From positions 112,284,001 to 112,348,000 of the forward strand of contig NC_058368.1 in NCBI RefSeq assembly GCF_018350175.1: a stretch of DNA of 64,000 nt, written 5' to 3'. The notes beneath the pieces were generated by a model. It did not search any database. It was not told where the DNA came from and saw only the letters and a program-made list of their open reading frames with translations. This DNA comes from Felis catus. Taxonomy: Eukaryota. The number at the start of each line of letters is the position of its first letter. Position 1 is the stretch's first letter. The translations under genes and the position numbers were made by a program. Positions 52,346 through 64,000 of this stretch are shown here, piece by piece.

Positions 52346-52582
52346 ACTTGCATTTTGTTAATGTCATTTTTTTTGTAGATCTAGATCCCAGTATTGAAGC
52401 GGTCAATGAATTTTGCAGGATTTTTATTCTGAACAATTTCCTGTTTTTCTGTAGTTATTTGCATACTTGCATTTTGTTAATGTCATTTTTTTGTAGATCT
52501 AGATCCCAATATTGAAGCGGTCAACGAATTTTGCAGGATTTTTATTCTGAACAATTTCCTGTTTTTCTGTAGTTATTTGCAT
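52346..52582 (+). repeat. Tandem duplication of 119/118 bp at the 5' end of an FBXL21 intron
   Basis: 52346-52464 and 52465-52582 differ by 2 substitutions and one T. Confidence 0.95.
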
Positions 52583-52886
52583 AGATTGAGGTAAAGAACT
52601 TGAGCTATAACTTAAACTTCATTTTGCTTCCTCTGGATTGTACTACTAAAATTCAGGTCATCGTAGAGGATTTGAAAGCATGGAGCACCTAAAAAGTTAC
52701 TGTGTCACTAGCTCTATTTCTCACTTTTTGTCTGAGACCTTTTGTATAAAGAAAAAATACTAATTTGTTTTATAGCTTGACGGGATACATACAGTTTTGC
52801 AATTGAATTCTGTTAAATAGTTATATTGCCAATAATTTTCTGATAACTTACCTTCAGGAGATTAAGATTTAAAATTGTCTTTGTAG

Positions 52887-53009
52887 GTTGACAGTAGTAC
52901 TGAATCAGCAGAAGCTGCCTGTGATATACTTTCTCAGCTGGTAAACTGCTCTCTCCAGACCTTGGGCTTGATTTCGACAGCCAAACCAAGTTTTATGAAT
53001 GTGTCAAAG
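52887..53009 (+). CDS. FBXL21: FBXL21 coding exon 2
   Basis: tttgtag|[41 protein letters not shown]|gtaaag. Confidence 0.95.
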
Positions 53010-54944
53010 GTAAAGATGCCAGGCTTTTTTGTGAGATAAACAAAAGTTCTCAAATATTTCAATCTAGGCAAAAAGGATTCTTTTACTAAAAGTAGATGGT
53101 GTCTTCCTTATATTCAGAGAGTTACTTGAGGCAGTTTTCTCTTGACTAGCACGCATTTTTGCTGAAATAGCTTATGCATGGTTTCATTCTTTACATATAT
53201 TTTGTAATTTTAATAATTGTTTCTACAGTAGCTATCGTTAATGTAAAATTCAGATGTTGTACTTAGGATTTGCAAGTGCCTTAGTTAGTTTCTTTGAATA
53301 TAGAGTGTGTATGGCCAATAGTGGATGTTTTGCTTGTAATTCTATAGCTTCTGCATTGGAGGTAGAACAGCATAATTCTAAATGAACTATACCAATTAGG
53401 ATGATATTGGTTTCTATAAAATAGAAACTCTAAAACGATAGTAGCTTACACAACATGGCTGAAGTTTATTTCTCTTACATTAAAGAAATCTATGCATGAG
53501 CATAGCTGGGTGAAGCTGTTGGGATCTCGAGCCCCTTCCATGCATTCCATTTTCTTTAAGGCATTTTCTTCATTTTCACAGTCCAAGATGGCTTTCTGAG
53601 CTCCAGCCATCACATCCTGTTCTAGGCAGCCAGGTGGAAGAAGTGGGGGAAGAAGGGTGCGCCCCCTGCTTTTCAAGGACGCTAGCCTTGAGCACCACAT
53701 AATGCTTCTGTTGGTATCTCAGTGGCCAGCACTTAGCTGTGGGGCCACATCAGGTTTCTGTTCGACGAGGAATATTTCTTAGCTCGCTGGTAATGTGCCT
53801 AGCTAAAAATTGAGACTGGATTACCAAAAAAGAAGGGATGAATGGTTGTTAGGAAGCAGTCAGCAGTCTCTGCTGCATAAACTAGTAACTGTCTTCATTC
53901 AGGCTTCAGCTTGGATGCCATCTCTTCAGACAAGCATTCCTTGACCAATTTTGCTAAAACAGTGCCCCCTCCCCCAGTTACACTCCACTATATGTCAATA
54001 TTTTCTTTATAACATTCATCAGTGCCTGAAATTACCTTATTTATTTAGCATGTTCATTCTCTTCTCCTAGAACAAAACATAAGTTCTTTGAGGGCAAGGT
54101 TTCTATTTTGTTTATTTACCACTGTAAACCTAGAGTTAAGTAGTGCCTGGTATATAATAAACACTAAATTATGGGTGCCAGTAAAACCGGCTAATGGAAA
54201 CCTTCCTGTTGAAGAGGACCGAGGAATAGTAGCATCTTCTCTCTCATAAACTGGGTCATGGCTCTCAAGCATTTCCACTAGCTTGTTTATCTTTTTAAGA
54301 GATAGGGAAAATGGGTCATTTGGGGATTAGAGTAATATAAGCCATCCGATGGAAACTTGCTACTTCTAAACAGTTATTTCCTTGTATATGAATGATGGAA
54401 TCAGATTAGCCTGAAATTGTTAGATTCTAAGCTGTCTCAAATGCAGCACATCAGCTTCTTTTCTGGGTAAGCTGATGCAGTCACGAGGGTGAGGCAACAG
54501 TGATTAGCAGACTTCCTTTCAAGCTCTGCCTTTACAGTTAAATGAGTTGAGTGGCTTCCGGTAAAGTTGTGTATCTCTCTTGAGTGTCAATTTTTTTCAC
54601 GTGTAAACTGAGGAAATATAAAATACAAGGACAGTATTTTGTTAGGCATAGGCGTAGAGGGTGCTGAAGGAATATATGGATACGATAATGAAGTGTGTAC
54701 TCCAATGCTTAAAAACATCCTTCAGGACCATAAGGGTCCATTGAGAGTTGATGAAAGGGAAAGTAAACCTTAAATTTCTTAAAGAAAACGTGATGTATTT
54801 CTCTAATAATTTTTGGCACAATAAAATTTGGTAAAGAGATCTAGCTGTCCACCATTTAAAAATTTATATGCATCCATTTACAATTAGTATAAACCAGTGT
54901 GCTTGATTATAAATGAACTGAGACATAACCAATTTGGTCATTAT

Positions 54945-55170
54945 TTTTTAAAAAATTTTTGTAATGTTTATTTTTGAGAGAGACAGAGCACAAGCGGGGG
55001 AGGGACAGAGAGAGAGAGACAAAGAATCTGAAGCAGGCTCGAGGCTCTGAGTTCTCAGCAGAGAGCCTGACATGCCTGACATGGTGCTCAAACTCACCAG
55101 CTATGAGATTATGACCTGAGCCAAAGTCCAAAGCCCGTTGCTTAACCAACTGAGCCACCCAGTGACTCCT
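54945..55170 (-). mobile_element. Can-SINE in FBXL21 intron
   Basis: TSD ccaatttggtc. Confidence 0.88.
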
Positions 55171-55475
55171 CCAATTTGGTCGTTCTAATAGGAGTAATAG
55201 AACCTTTGGCAGAATCTGGATGGACTTTGAAAAAGGGAAAATGATCATGCATGGATTTGGTTTTCAGACTATCTGTCAAAAATTTTGAAATTGTATACAC
55301 TTTTTGGAGTCTTTATTTAATTTTCTACAAAAGGCATATCACTAAAGAATAAGATTATTTATTTACTCATTCATCAACAAATATTTATTGATCTCCTACT
55401 ATGTGCCAGATATTATTTTAGGTACTAGAAATACAGGAGTGAATAAAACAGATGAAAATTTTGTTTATTCTATGG

Positions 55476-55787
55476 CAGGGGTTGAAAAGATTCAGACAGT
55501 CAGTAGTTTAGGCTCCACAGGCTGTAGTTCTGCAGCTACTCATCTCCAGCATGGTAGTGTGAAAGCAGACACGGACAGCATGTAAGTGAAGGAGCACAGC
55601 TGTGTGCCAGCCACACTTTAATTGTGAGCACTGGAAGTTTCATATAATTTCCACATGTCACAAAATATTATTCTTTACAAAACTTTTTTCAGCCGCTTAA
55701 AAATATAAAAACCATTCTGAACTCAAGAGACATACAGTAGCATACTAGGTTGGATTTGGCCAGCAGATCATAAGTTGCTAGCCCCTC
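55476..55787. mobile_element. MER58-like hAT-Charlie MITE in an FBXL21 intron
   Basis: CAGGGGTTG... start and ...gttgctagcccct end. Confidence 0.55.
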
Positions 55788-56104
55788 TTCTAGGAAATAA
55801 ATATAATTATATCCTTTTAATATTGGCAATCACATTCTTAAGATGGAACATAATTGGAAGATGTGTGTATGAAATTTTGGAAACATTCTTCCTTTCTTGC
55901 CATTCCATTTTTCAATTGTAAAAGTATGAAAGTATACTTTGTCTTCTACTGACTAATGGTGTCATGAAAAACACTAATATGTTGATTGCTTTCACTGTGT
56001 TTTTGTTAGTAAGTGTTGATATAAGTAGTTTTAATGGCCTATTTGCTTGAAGCTCTAGATGTTTAAATAATGTTTCCACAATTCTTTCCTTATTGCCGCG
56101 CAAG

Positions 56105-56276
56105 TCTCATTTTGTGTCAGCACTTACAGTTGTTTTTGTCAACTCAAAATCATTATCATCGATCAAAATTGAAGATACACCAGTGGATGATCCTTCACTG
56201 AAGATTCTCGTGGCCAATAATAGTGACACTCTAAGACTCCTAAAAATGAGTAGCTGTCCTCATGTTTCATCTGATG
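56105..56276 (+). CDS. FBXL21: FBXL21 coding exon 3
   Basis: gcaag|[58 protein letters not shown]|gtacac; 172 nt, ends in phase 1. Confidence 0.93.
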
Positions 56277-56647
56277 GTACACTATATCTTTTAAAGCTTT
56301 TTTGATGTTTTTTTTATTATACTAATAGTAATGTAATTTCATACTGAAAACTACATGCTTATGAAACAATTGAAAAAGTAATATTTTTTCAAAAGAAGTC
56401 TTAATCTGTAAACTAGGCATAGTTTAAATTGCATCTAAAAGTATTTTAGTCATAGGTATATTTTATTATGCATATATTTTTTATTACTACATATAATTGT
56501 ATGCCTGTATCTTGGCATCCATCTCAGAAATCATTTCATGACTATTTTGGCAAATAATGAATAACTAATGTCAAATTTAGATTTATGAAATGTTGTGTTA
56601 GTATCAGTAATTCTTGGTTCTTTAAAGTTTTTCCCTGTTTCCTGCAG

Positions 56648-57291
56648 GAATCCTTTGTATAGCTGACCATTGTCAAGGCCTTAGAGAATTGGCATTGAAT
56701 TATTACATTCTAAGTGATGAACTTCTCCTAGCCCTTTCAAGTGAAACTCATGTTCGCCTTGAACATCTTCGAATTGATGTTGTGAGTGAAAATCCTGGAC
56801 AGGTTGAATTTCACACTATTAAAAAACAAAGTTGGGATGCACTTATTAAACACTCCCCTGGAGTTAATGTTGTTATGTATTTCTTTTTATATGAAGAAGA
56901 ATTTGAGGCATTCTTCAGAGAAGAAACCCCTGTTACTAACCTTTATTTTGGTCGTTCGGTAAGCAAAGCAGCTCTAGGCCGGATAGGTCTTAACTGTCCA
57001 CGACTAATTGAGTTAGTGGTATGTGCTAATGGTCTTCAGACTCTTGACGATGAACTTATTTGCATTGCTGAATGCTGTAAAAACTTAACAGCCTTGGGCC
57101 TCAGTGAATGTGAAGTGAGTTGCAGTGCATTCGTTGATTTTGTAAGACGGTGTGGGAAAAGGCTGACCCACCTCTCCATAATGGAAGACGTTTTGATCCC
57201 TGATGGTAATTATAACCTAGATGAAATTCACACTGAAGTCTCCAAATACTTGGGAAGAATATGGTTCCCTGATGTCCTGCCTATCTGGTAA
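56648..57291 (+). CDS. FBXL21: FBXL21 coding exon 4 (LRRs and C-terminal Trp tail)
   Basis: cctgcag|(G)[26 protein letters not shown]...[13 protein letters not shown]; in frame with exon 3. Confidence 0.96.
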
Positions 57292-57600
57292 TTAGCTACC
57301 AAAGATTCTTAATTTTTTTTTTTATTGGTAAGATAAGCTTCTTTCTGTCTATGCAAATGTAAATTTTAAGATGCATTGTTGAAATATTTTAGGTAAGGTA
57401 TATTAACATTTGCAAACTGTCTTAATGGATTGCAGCAAAAAACATTTGAAAAAAAAGTAGGAGAAATTTTAAGAGCGAGAAATACCCATAAACAGGGCTT
57501 AGATCCTGTATTGTGGATTAGGTAGCTGATATGCTAAACGCTATCAATGGTTTGTAGATGAGTTCCTCAGCCTTCCTCGAAGGGATATTTTAGCTTGCTA

Positions 57601-57910
57601 AATAAATTTATAATATTAGCTTCGGATCCCTAAATTATGATGTTTATAACTTTATATTGCTTTAATTACTTCTCTTTTATCTTGGTATTAGTGTGTTTTA
57701 CAAGATATGTAGTATTAAAAACTAAGAGTAAAATAAAAGTATAGTTACAGAGGCTGACTTAATTGTACTTAATTTTTAGCACTATATGAGATCATATTAT
57801 AATTCAGTAAACCATTTCTAATTTCTAATACACTTTGAATTCTACTTTATTATATTAGCTTGAGAGAAAATGCGCATTAGATTAAAATTAATACTGATCA
57901 ATTTAATAAA
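57601..57910 (+). terminator. FBXL21: Candidate FBXL21 polyadenylation signals
   Basis: AATAAA at 57601, 57732 and 57905 in the AT-rich 3' UTR; which is used cannot be told from sequence. Confidence 0.5.
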
Positions 57911-59874
57911 AATATTCTAATTGTTCATTGATTAAATATGCTTCTGAAAATTTTAAAAAGTAAATTTTGCAGAGTGTCTCTGGGAGGGAATCAGCATTTA
58001 CTGACCTTATCCTCTGTATCTAGAATTGTCCCAGAGGTCCTTTGCAGAAGTGATCTCCTAATTTCATTAGTGACACAACTAAAACTCTTTAGTAGTTACG
58101 TATTGACTTGAGGGTGAAGATATATGCTTAAAATGACCTACAAGACCCTACATAGTGTGGCATCTCCCTAATTGTACCAAAATTCCCCTTGGCCCTTCTC
58201 CATTGTCTTTCACTTCCTTAAGACTGCCATGCACTCTCTAGTCAGAGGGCGTGAGGATGTGTTCTTCTTTCTGCTTAGATTACTGTCTTTGCTCCCTCAG
58301 ATCTTTCCTTTAGATGTCATTCCTTCAGGGAAGCTTCTGACTTTCCACACTCTGTGACTTCTGTTTGTGGCACTCAGCGTTATTGAAATTTGCCATTTGC
58401 TTCTATGATTATTATCTGTTAATTCTACTGCACTGTAAGCTTTATCAGTAAATTTTACTTCGGTACTTGCATTTCCAGACTTGTTCCCTTATGCCTTTCC
58501 TTAATATCTTGTTTCTTTCCCAGAAAGCAACTTAAAAAGTTGCTTCATTTAAACTTAAAGTAAAAAGAAAAAAGAAATGTTTATTACTTTACATTTCTGA
58601 ACATTTTTTAATTAGGAAAAAATTTTAAATATTCTCACCTGTTAAAGAAATCAGAATAGAATACATTGTGGTTTGTACGTGGTAGTTTTTTTAAAAAGAG
58701 CATATTTTAGATCTGCCTTTTTTAGAGCTTGTATTTGTACAAGCATTCTCAGCCCTGCCCCCGTGTTCTTTCTCAGGGCAAGCTGTGTAAGAGCGGGCAT
58801 CTTACCTCATTTACTTTTGTGTTTGAGACTCTCAGACTGGTGTGTGGTACATTAGTATACCCTCGGTAAGTGGGAGTGGAGCTCATATACTGGTTAAAAA
58901 ATAAAACCAGTTTCTTAAAGACAGTTGTTACTATTGCAGAGCATGTCCTTTATACCTTAAGATTCCAGGAGAGTACAGAAGCGGCATATAAGAAGGCACT
59001 CAAAGTCTGGTTAGGATAACGGGACAAACATAAAGGAAGTAGGATAACCAAGATGGAGGGTCGGGCTGGTTGAAGATCAGAGTAATGGTGGAAATAGTGA
59101 AGAGGTAAACTTTCGGTCTCTCCGGGTATTACTCTAACATGACATGGTGGAGGAGTCAGGGAGGAGTATATATACCTGAATGGTAAGGTGGTGGGATGCT
59201 AGTGGTGGTTTCACCAGAGAGCAAAGAGAGGGACTAAAGAAGGGAGATCAAGATGGAGTTTCTCCCTGTTACCTACTAACGCAGAGCGATAATGAGTACC
59301 AGTGGCCTCTTTTACAGTTGCTGCTCTAATTGGTGGTTTTTAGGGACCCAATAGTCAGACGTAGTGAACTAGGCAATAAAATAACCCTTACAAAGACAAC
59401 TCAGTAAAATTGATCAGCTCAATTACATGACCCTGGTTGGTCTTTTATTGGCTTTATAAATTGAACAGCAAACATTTTTAGGATAGCCAAAATCAAGACA
59501 AGAAAATACAGAGTATTTTTGATGCTTTATCTAATGAAGATGTCTCCATTTACTTTGGAAGCCTGTGAAAAGTACTGTTTACTTAAGATTAGAGGATTCT
59601 AGATTAAAATGGCCACTTATCTTGTCCTTCCATTAAATTACCTTCCTGCCGAAAACTCAGAACATTTTGTAAGTAAAAAGTAATTTTATTTCCGTTACTA
59701 ATTTAGTCATCAAACCTGACACAATTTTTGAAGTATATTTTGCTATCATTTCACAAAGGAAAAATAAGTTATTTAGTACTATCACTTTCCTATCATTTGA
59801 ACCTTAACAATACTTTGAAGATGTTGACACCCAGATCTAAAAGGAAAAGGAAATTAAAAAACAAAACCCTCTGA

Positions 59875-59892
59875 TGCACCAGAGGGCGCTGT
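59875..59892 (+). promoter_or_regulatory. Putative CTCF site between FBXL21 and LECT2
   Basis: GCACCAGAGGGCGCTG closely matches the CCACCAG(A/G)GGGCGC core, in otherwise AT-rich DNA. Confidence 0.6.
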
Positions 59893-60379
59893 ATTCTTGT
59901 TCTTCATAAGAGTAATCCTTGGGTCTTAAGTTTGCATTTCCATTCAACAGATATGAGAGTGCTTATCCAGTTGTAGGCAGAAGGCAGCATTCTTGGGGAA
60001 GCTCTCAGTTCCGGGCAATGAGTTTGGTCTTTTAAACAATCGCTTAGGAAGGTTGATTATTTATTGTTCAAACATTTTAGGGCTCCTTTAAAAACTGTCT
60101 TTGAAGTCTCCATGCTATTGTCTATTTTGTGTTCTCAGTGGGAACACAGTCTTTGTCCTTTGAAAGCAAATTTAATTTCCAGAAACATCCTAAAGTTACT
60201 TGGCCATAAGGGATCAATAAGGTAGATGATCAAACCAGAGAGTGTTGGTTATAGGTTTTGTTTTAACTAAGAATCAAACTCTTGTTAGCCTTGTATGAAG
60301 TGTCATGATACGGTAGAGAATAATATCTACCTGGATGTGAGGATAAACCAGTTGTGTAGTAGAGACTCTGAACTGAGAG

Positions 60380-60900
60380 TCTTCATTAACTCGTTCTTCT
60401 TGACCACCCACCTTCACGTCTTGTTACCAGTATAACATATCATAATAAATACTCATGAAATCACCCCCCAGCTCTAAAATGACAACAATGACATAACAAG
60501 AACTTAAATTTTTCTGTGTGGTTTCCCTTATTCACTTCTGAGATAATTAGTCTTCATTATTTGCTTGATTTCTTTTTTGTATATTCTTACCACACTTGTA
60601 TGTGTTCCTAAAAATTGTTTTGGTTTTAATTATTTTGACTTTCTAAAAAGAGTATCATATTATATGTAACCTTAAGTACTTGTTTTTACTCAAAATTATA
60701 TTGTTGTGATTCATCCATTTTGTCATGTCTATCCGAGGCTCATTTATTATGACTGCTAGACACTATTCCATTCTGTGCTAAATCACACAGTTCATTTGTT
60801 CATATCAGCTGTCCATGGGGATGTGAGTTGTTCAGGTTTTGCCATGACAAATAGTTATATTATGAACATTTGTATGTATATGTCCTAGCATACAAATGCA
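60380..60900 (-). mobile_element. Ancient L1 (L1ME-like) 3' end
   Basis: gattcatccattttgtc..tattccatt..tatgaacattt motifs. Confidence 0.55.
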
Positions 60901-61176
60901 GCTACTTCTCCATTAGTAAAGTTCAGTTAATTACATTTTCCATTAGTACATCTGTAGTAAGAATGGAATCTTCTCACTGGAATTCCAAAAGGATTTAAGC
61001 AAAAATTTGTGAAAGGTTTCCACAATGATAAATCAACCTACTCATTTCTCACTAACTAAAATCCAGGGAGCCAGTTATTTCTGGTCCTTTGAATAGTTGT
61101 ATGGTCTTTTTTCCCCTTCCTACCTGTTGTCAACATAACTAAGGAAGAATGATCTAGATTTAAAGTGATGTGTAGA

Positions 61177-61303
61177 GGGGCACCAGGGTGGCTCAGTGGG
61201 TTAAGCATCTGACTCTTGATCTCAGCTCAGGTTGTGATCTCAGGGTTGTGAGTTCAAGCCCCACGTTAGACACTGTGCTGGGCTGAAGCCCACTTAAAAA
61301 AAA
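61177..61303 (+). mobile_element. Short Can-SINE
   Basis: Head, A tail, TSD atgtgtaga. Confidence 0.82.
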
Positions 61304-61970
61304 ATAATGTGTAGAAATAAGTGGCTACGATATGCATATGGTAAATGAGCCTGACTGACTTGGTTCCAGGAGATACTTCAGGTTAAGATAGACCTCTTTC
61401 TCATTCCAGTGCTTCCTATAATGTGTTCTTACTGAAATTGAGACTACTGATGTATTTTCTTGGAATGCCATCATTTATGATTTAGAAAATCTTGTTGATA
61501 TAGTGTGGGGAAGTGTGGTTGTGCAGACCAGCAAACTCTGTCTTAATCCATGCAAGCCCCTCACCCTGTGACCAGTTTGACATACCTGAGGATATTGCTT
61601 TGCTGAAACTTTTCAATACCTTAACTAAAGTTTAACTCTCATTTGTTCACTCAATATTTGTGCATGTGTGTCTAGCATTGTGCAACATTCTCTTCTTGTA
61701 CCAAGAAAATAACTTCAGGCTTTTTCTTATTTTCAAGCAGAAAGGTAGCTAGTTTTAGAAGTACCAAAAATGCAGCCTGGATAGCTGGAAGTCATGTTTG
61801 TTAATCCTATGTACTGAAGACTAAGGAAATTTAAACAAACAAGCAAAACCCCTCAGATCCCATATGTAACAGAAAAATCAGAGAACCCTCAGAAATTAGT
61901 TGACAATCAAAAATCAGAGTGGCAATGAGTTGAAATAAAATACTATTTTCTATTTTGCACTCATCATGTT

Positions 61971-61976
61971 TTTATT
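61971..61976 (-). terminator. LECT2: LECT2 polyadenylation signal
   Basis: AATAAA on the - strand about 90 nt after the stop codon. Confidence 0.7.
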
Positions 61977-62066
61977 TGGACACAAATTTCTTGAAAAGTA
62001 GGATATGCATCCACATTTTTAAGAAGATGGTTTTCTATTTAGAAGATCTGGTCATCTGTCTTCTAC

Positions 62067-62233
62067 TTAGAGATATGCAGTAGGATCACTCAAGTCACAG
62101 TTTTCAATATGTATATGGGATTGTATGCCAGGATGAACTTTCTGCAAGGGCAATACAGTTCCCAGTTTTTCTCCCTTCTTGATGGAACCTTTATATTTAA
62201 TTGGCTTAATATGGAACATTTTTATACAAAAAC
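62067..62233 (-). CDS. LECT2: Leukocyte cell-derived chemotaxin 2, last coding exon (rest of gene beyond the window end)
   Basis: ttcttttag|(G)[54 protein letters not shown]; matches the human LECT2 C-terminus including the M23 HxH motif; expected synteny. Confidence 0.96.
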
Positions 62234-62289
62234 CTAAAAGAAAAGAAATTAAATTAGTTTTTATCTGGGTTTTAGTAGCCTTGAGTCAG

Positions 62290-63725
62290 AAATTCAAAAA
62301 ATAACAGAAATGGAAGAAAAGACAAAAAAAATGAGTTGATTGAACTCAATGAGGAAATTGAGGAAGATGACAAAATCATACCAGAAATGACTAAAATTAC
62401 AAGATGCCGAAGGGAAAACAGATTCATATGAAAATTTAATAAAGACATTGAGGAATAACAGAAAAACGCTAGCTGAGAAAATTGAGACTATTAACATATT
62501 TTCTTGTTCTCACCCAGAACAATTTCAACTCTAAGACATATTCTTATAAAATGATGAGACTTTAAAGACAAATAAAAATGGACATAATTGGCACAAGATT
62601 GAAACTCTTACTAAATACCCAAAGAAAATAATTTTAAAGACAAAGACCCACCAAATAGATAAGTGGAGTTATTGTAATACTATCATCATAATGTAATATG
62701 ACAATGTTGAGACCACATATATGAGTTATATCTATAAATGTTAACTCATCTGTTAAAAAAATGTTCCTACTAGCTTAAAAAGCAAAACCCAATTATATCC
62801 TATATACAGTAAAACACAACAGTTGAAAAAGGCAAAAAATAAAGGGCTGGATCAAGATTTGTCAAGCAAATGGAAACAATAAGGAAAGCAAGGGTTATGA
62901 ATCTGTTATCAGAGATTCGGATTCGGGACAAAAAGCATTGAAATGAAACAAAGGAGGACAATTTGTAATGCTAAATCCAATGAAGATACAGCATTTACAA
63001 CCACCTGCACACTAAACACAAACCATCTATATAAGGCAGAGACTACTGGAGAAACAGGGAGAAATAGAAACACACTAGAAGATTTTAATACACATATCAG
63101 TGAAAACAGTCAAGTAGACAGAATTGTGCTGTCTGACATGGTAGCCACTAGCCACAAGTGGCCAGTCTGCACTTGAAATGTAGCTCATCTGAATTAAATG
63201 CACTTTGAGTATAAGATGCATGCTGGATTTTGAAGACAGTACAACAAAAGTAAAATACTAGTAATTTTTATGTTGCATTTTAAAATAATATTATAGACAC
63301 TGAATTAAATAAAATTTATTAAAATTAATTTTACCTATTTTTTAACTTTCATAATGTAACTAGAGAATTTTAAATTATCTATGTGACTTGTATTTCTGTT
63401 GGACATTGCTGATTTAGAAGATCTAAACAAAATCAATATAATGTGTCTTATATGCATGTTAAACAATATGTGCACAATTTCAACCCTGCAAGCCAATGTG
63501 ACAACTAATATAACAGTACAGGAAGAACTAAATAAATGGAGAATATAACATGTTAATTAATTAGAAGACTCATTACTTTTAAGATATCAGTTCTCAATTT
63601 CATCTGTGTAGTCAATGCAAACCCAAAGTCCCAGCAGAATTTTTGGTGGAAATTGATAAACTAAATCTTTTTTTAATGTACTTTTTAAAGTTTATTTATT
63701 TTGAGAGAAAGAGAGAGAGAGAGAG

Positions 63726-63762
<37 letters not shown>

Positions 63763-64000
63763 GTGGAGGACGGTCATAGAGAGTGGGCGAGAGAGAATCC
63801 CAAGCAGGCTCCACGCTGTCAGCCTGATGAAGAGCTCAAACTCATCAACCATGTGATCATGAGGCACTCTAGATCATTGAGCTGAGATGAAGAGTCAGAA
63901 GCTTAACTGACTGAGCCAACTAGATGCCCCTGATAAACTGATTTTGTAATATATTTGGAAATGCACATGAGGAAGAATTGTCAAGGCAATCTGAAAGAAT
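62290..64000 (+). mobile_element. Degenerate LINE-1 pieces in the LECT2 intron, with nested MER33-like element (about 63120-63415) and SINE
   Basis: A-rich L1-like sequence; tgtgctgtctgacatggtagccactagccac ... ttggacattgctg hAT-Charlie ends. Confidence 0.6.
63680..63930 (-). mobile_element. Can-SINE with (GA)n(GT)n microsatellite
   Basis: Reverse-strand head, TSD resembling tgataaact. Confidence 0.85.

Noticed and set aside
51913..52515. 200-aa ORF as a stand-alone protein
   Set aside because: It is FBXL21 coding exon 1 plus read-through into flanking introns; the real limits are 51955-52320.

Overview
Mammalian genomic DNA from a felid, judged by about 28 Can-SINE/SINEC_Fc copies. The window covers the conserved IL9 - FBXL21 - LECT2 cluster (syntenic with human 5q31). 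I assembled by hand a complete 5-exon IL9 gene on the - strand (141 aa, missed by the ORF track). There is an intact FBXL21 with 4 coding exons on the + strand (434 aa, CpG-island promoter) and the last coding exon of LECT2 on the - strand (also missed by the ORF track). Between the genes lie a processed RPSA pseudogene carrying a new 60-bp minisatellite, a near full-length Tigger1 DNA transposon with a locally copied ~180-bp insert, LTRs, L1/L2/MIR remnants and microsatellites. I see no new multi-gene system. The most intriguing observation is that this LECT2 has His where human LECT2 has Tyr104 (Tyr86 of the mature protein). That is the position of the catalytic His of bacteriolytic M23 peptidases, so the ancestral active-site residue may be restored. 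Repeat subfamily names and comparisons to human sequences are from memory, and repeat boundaries are approximate.
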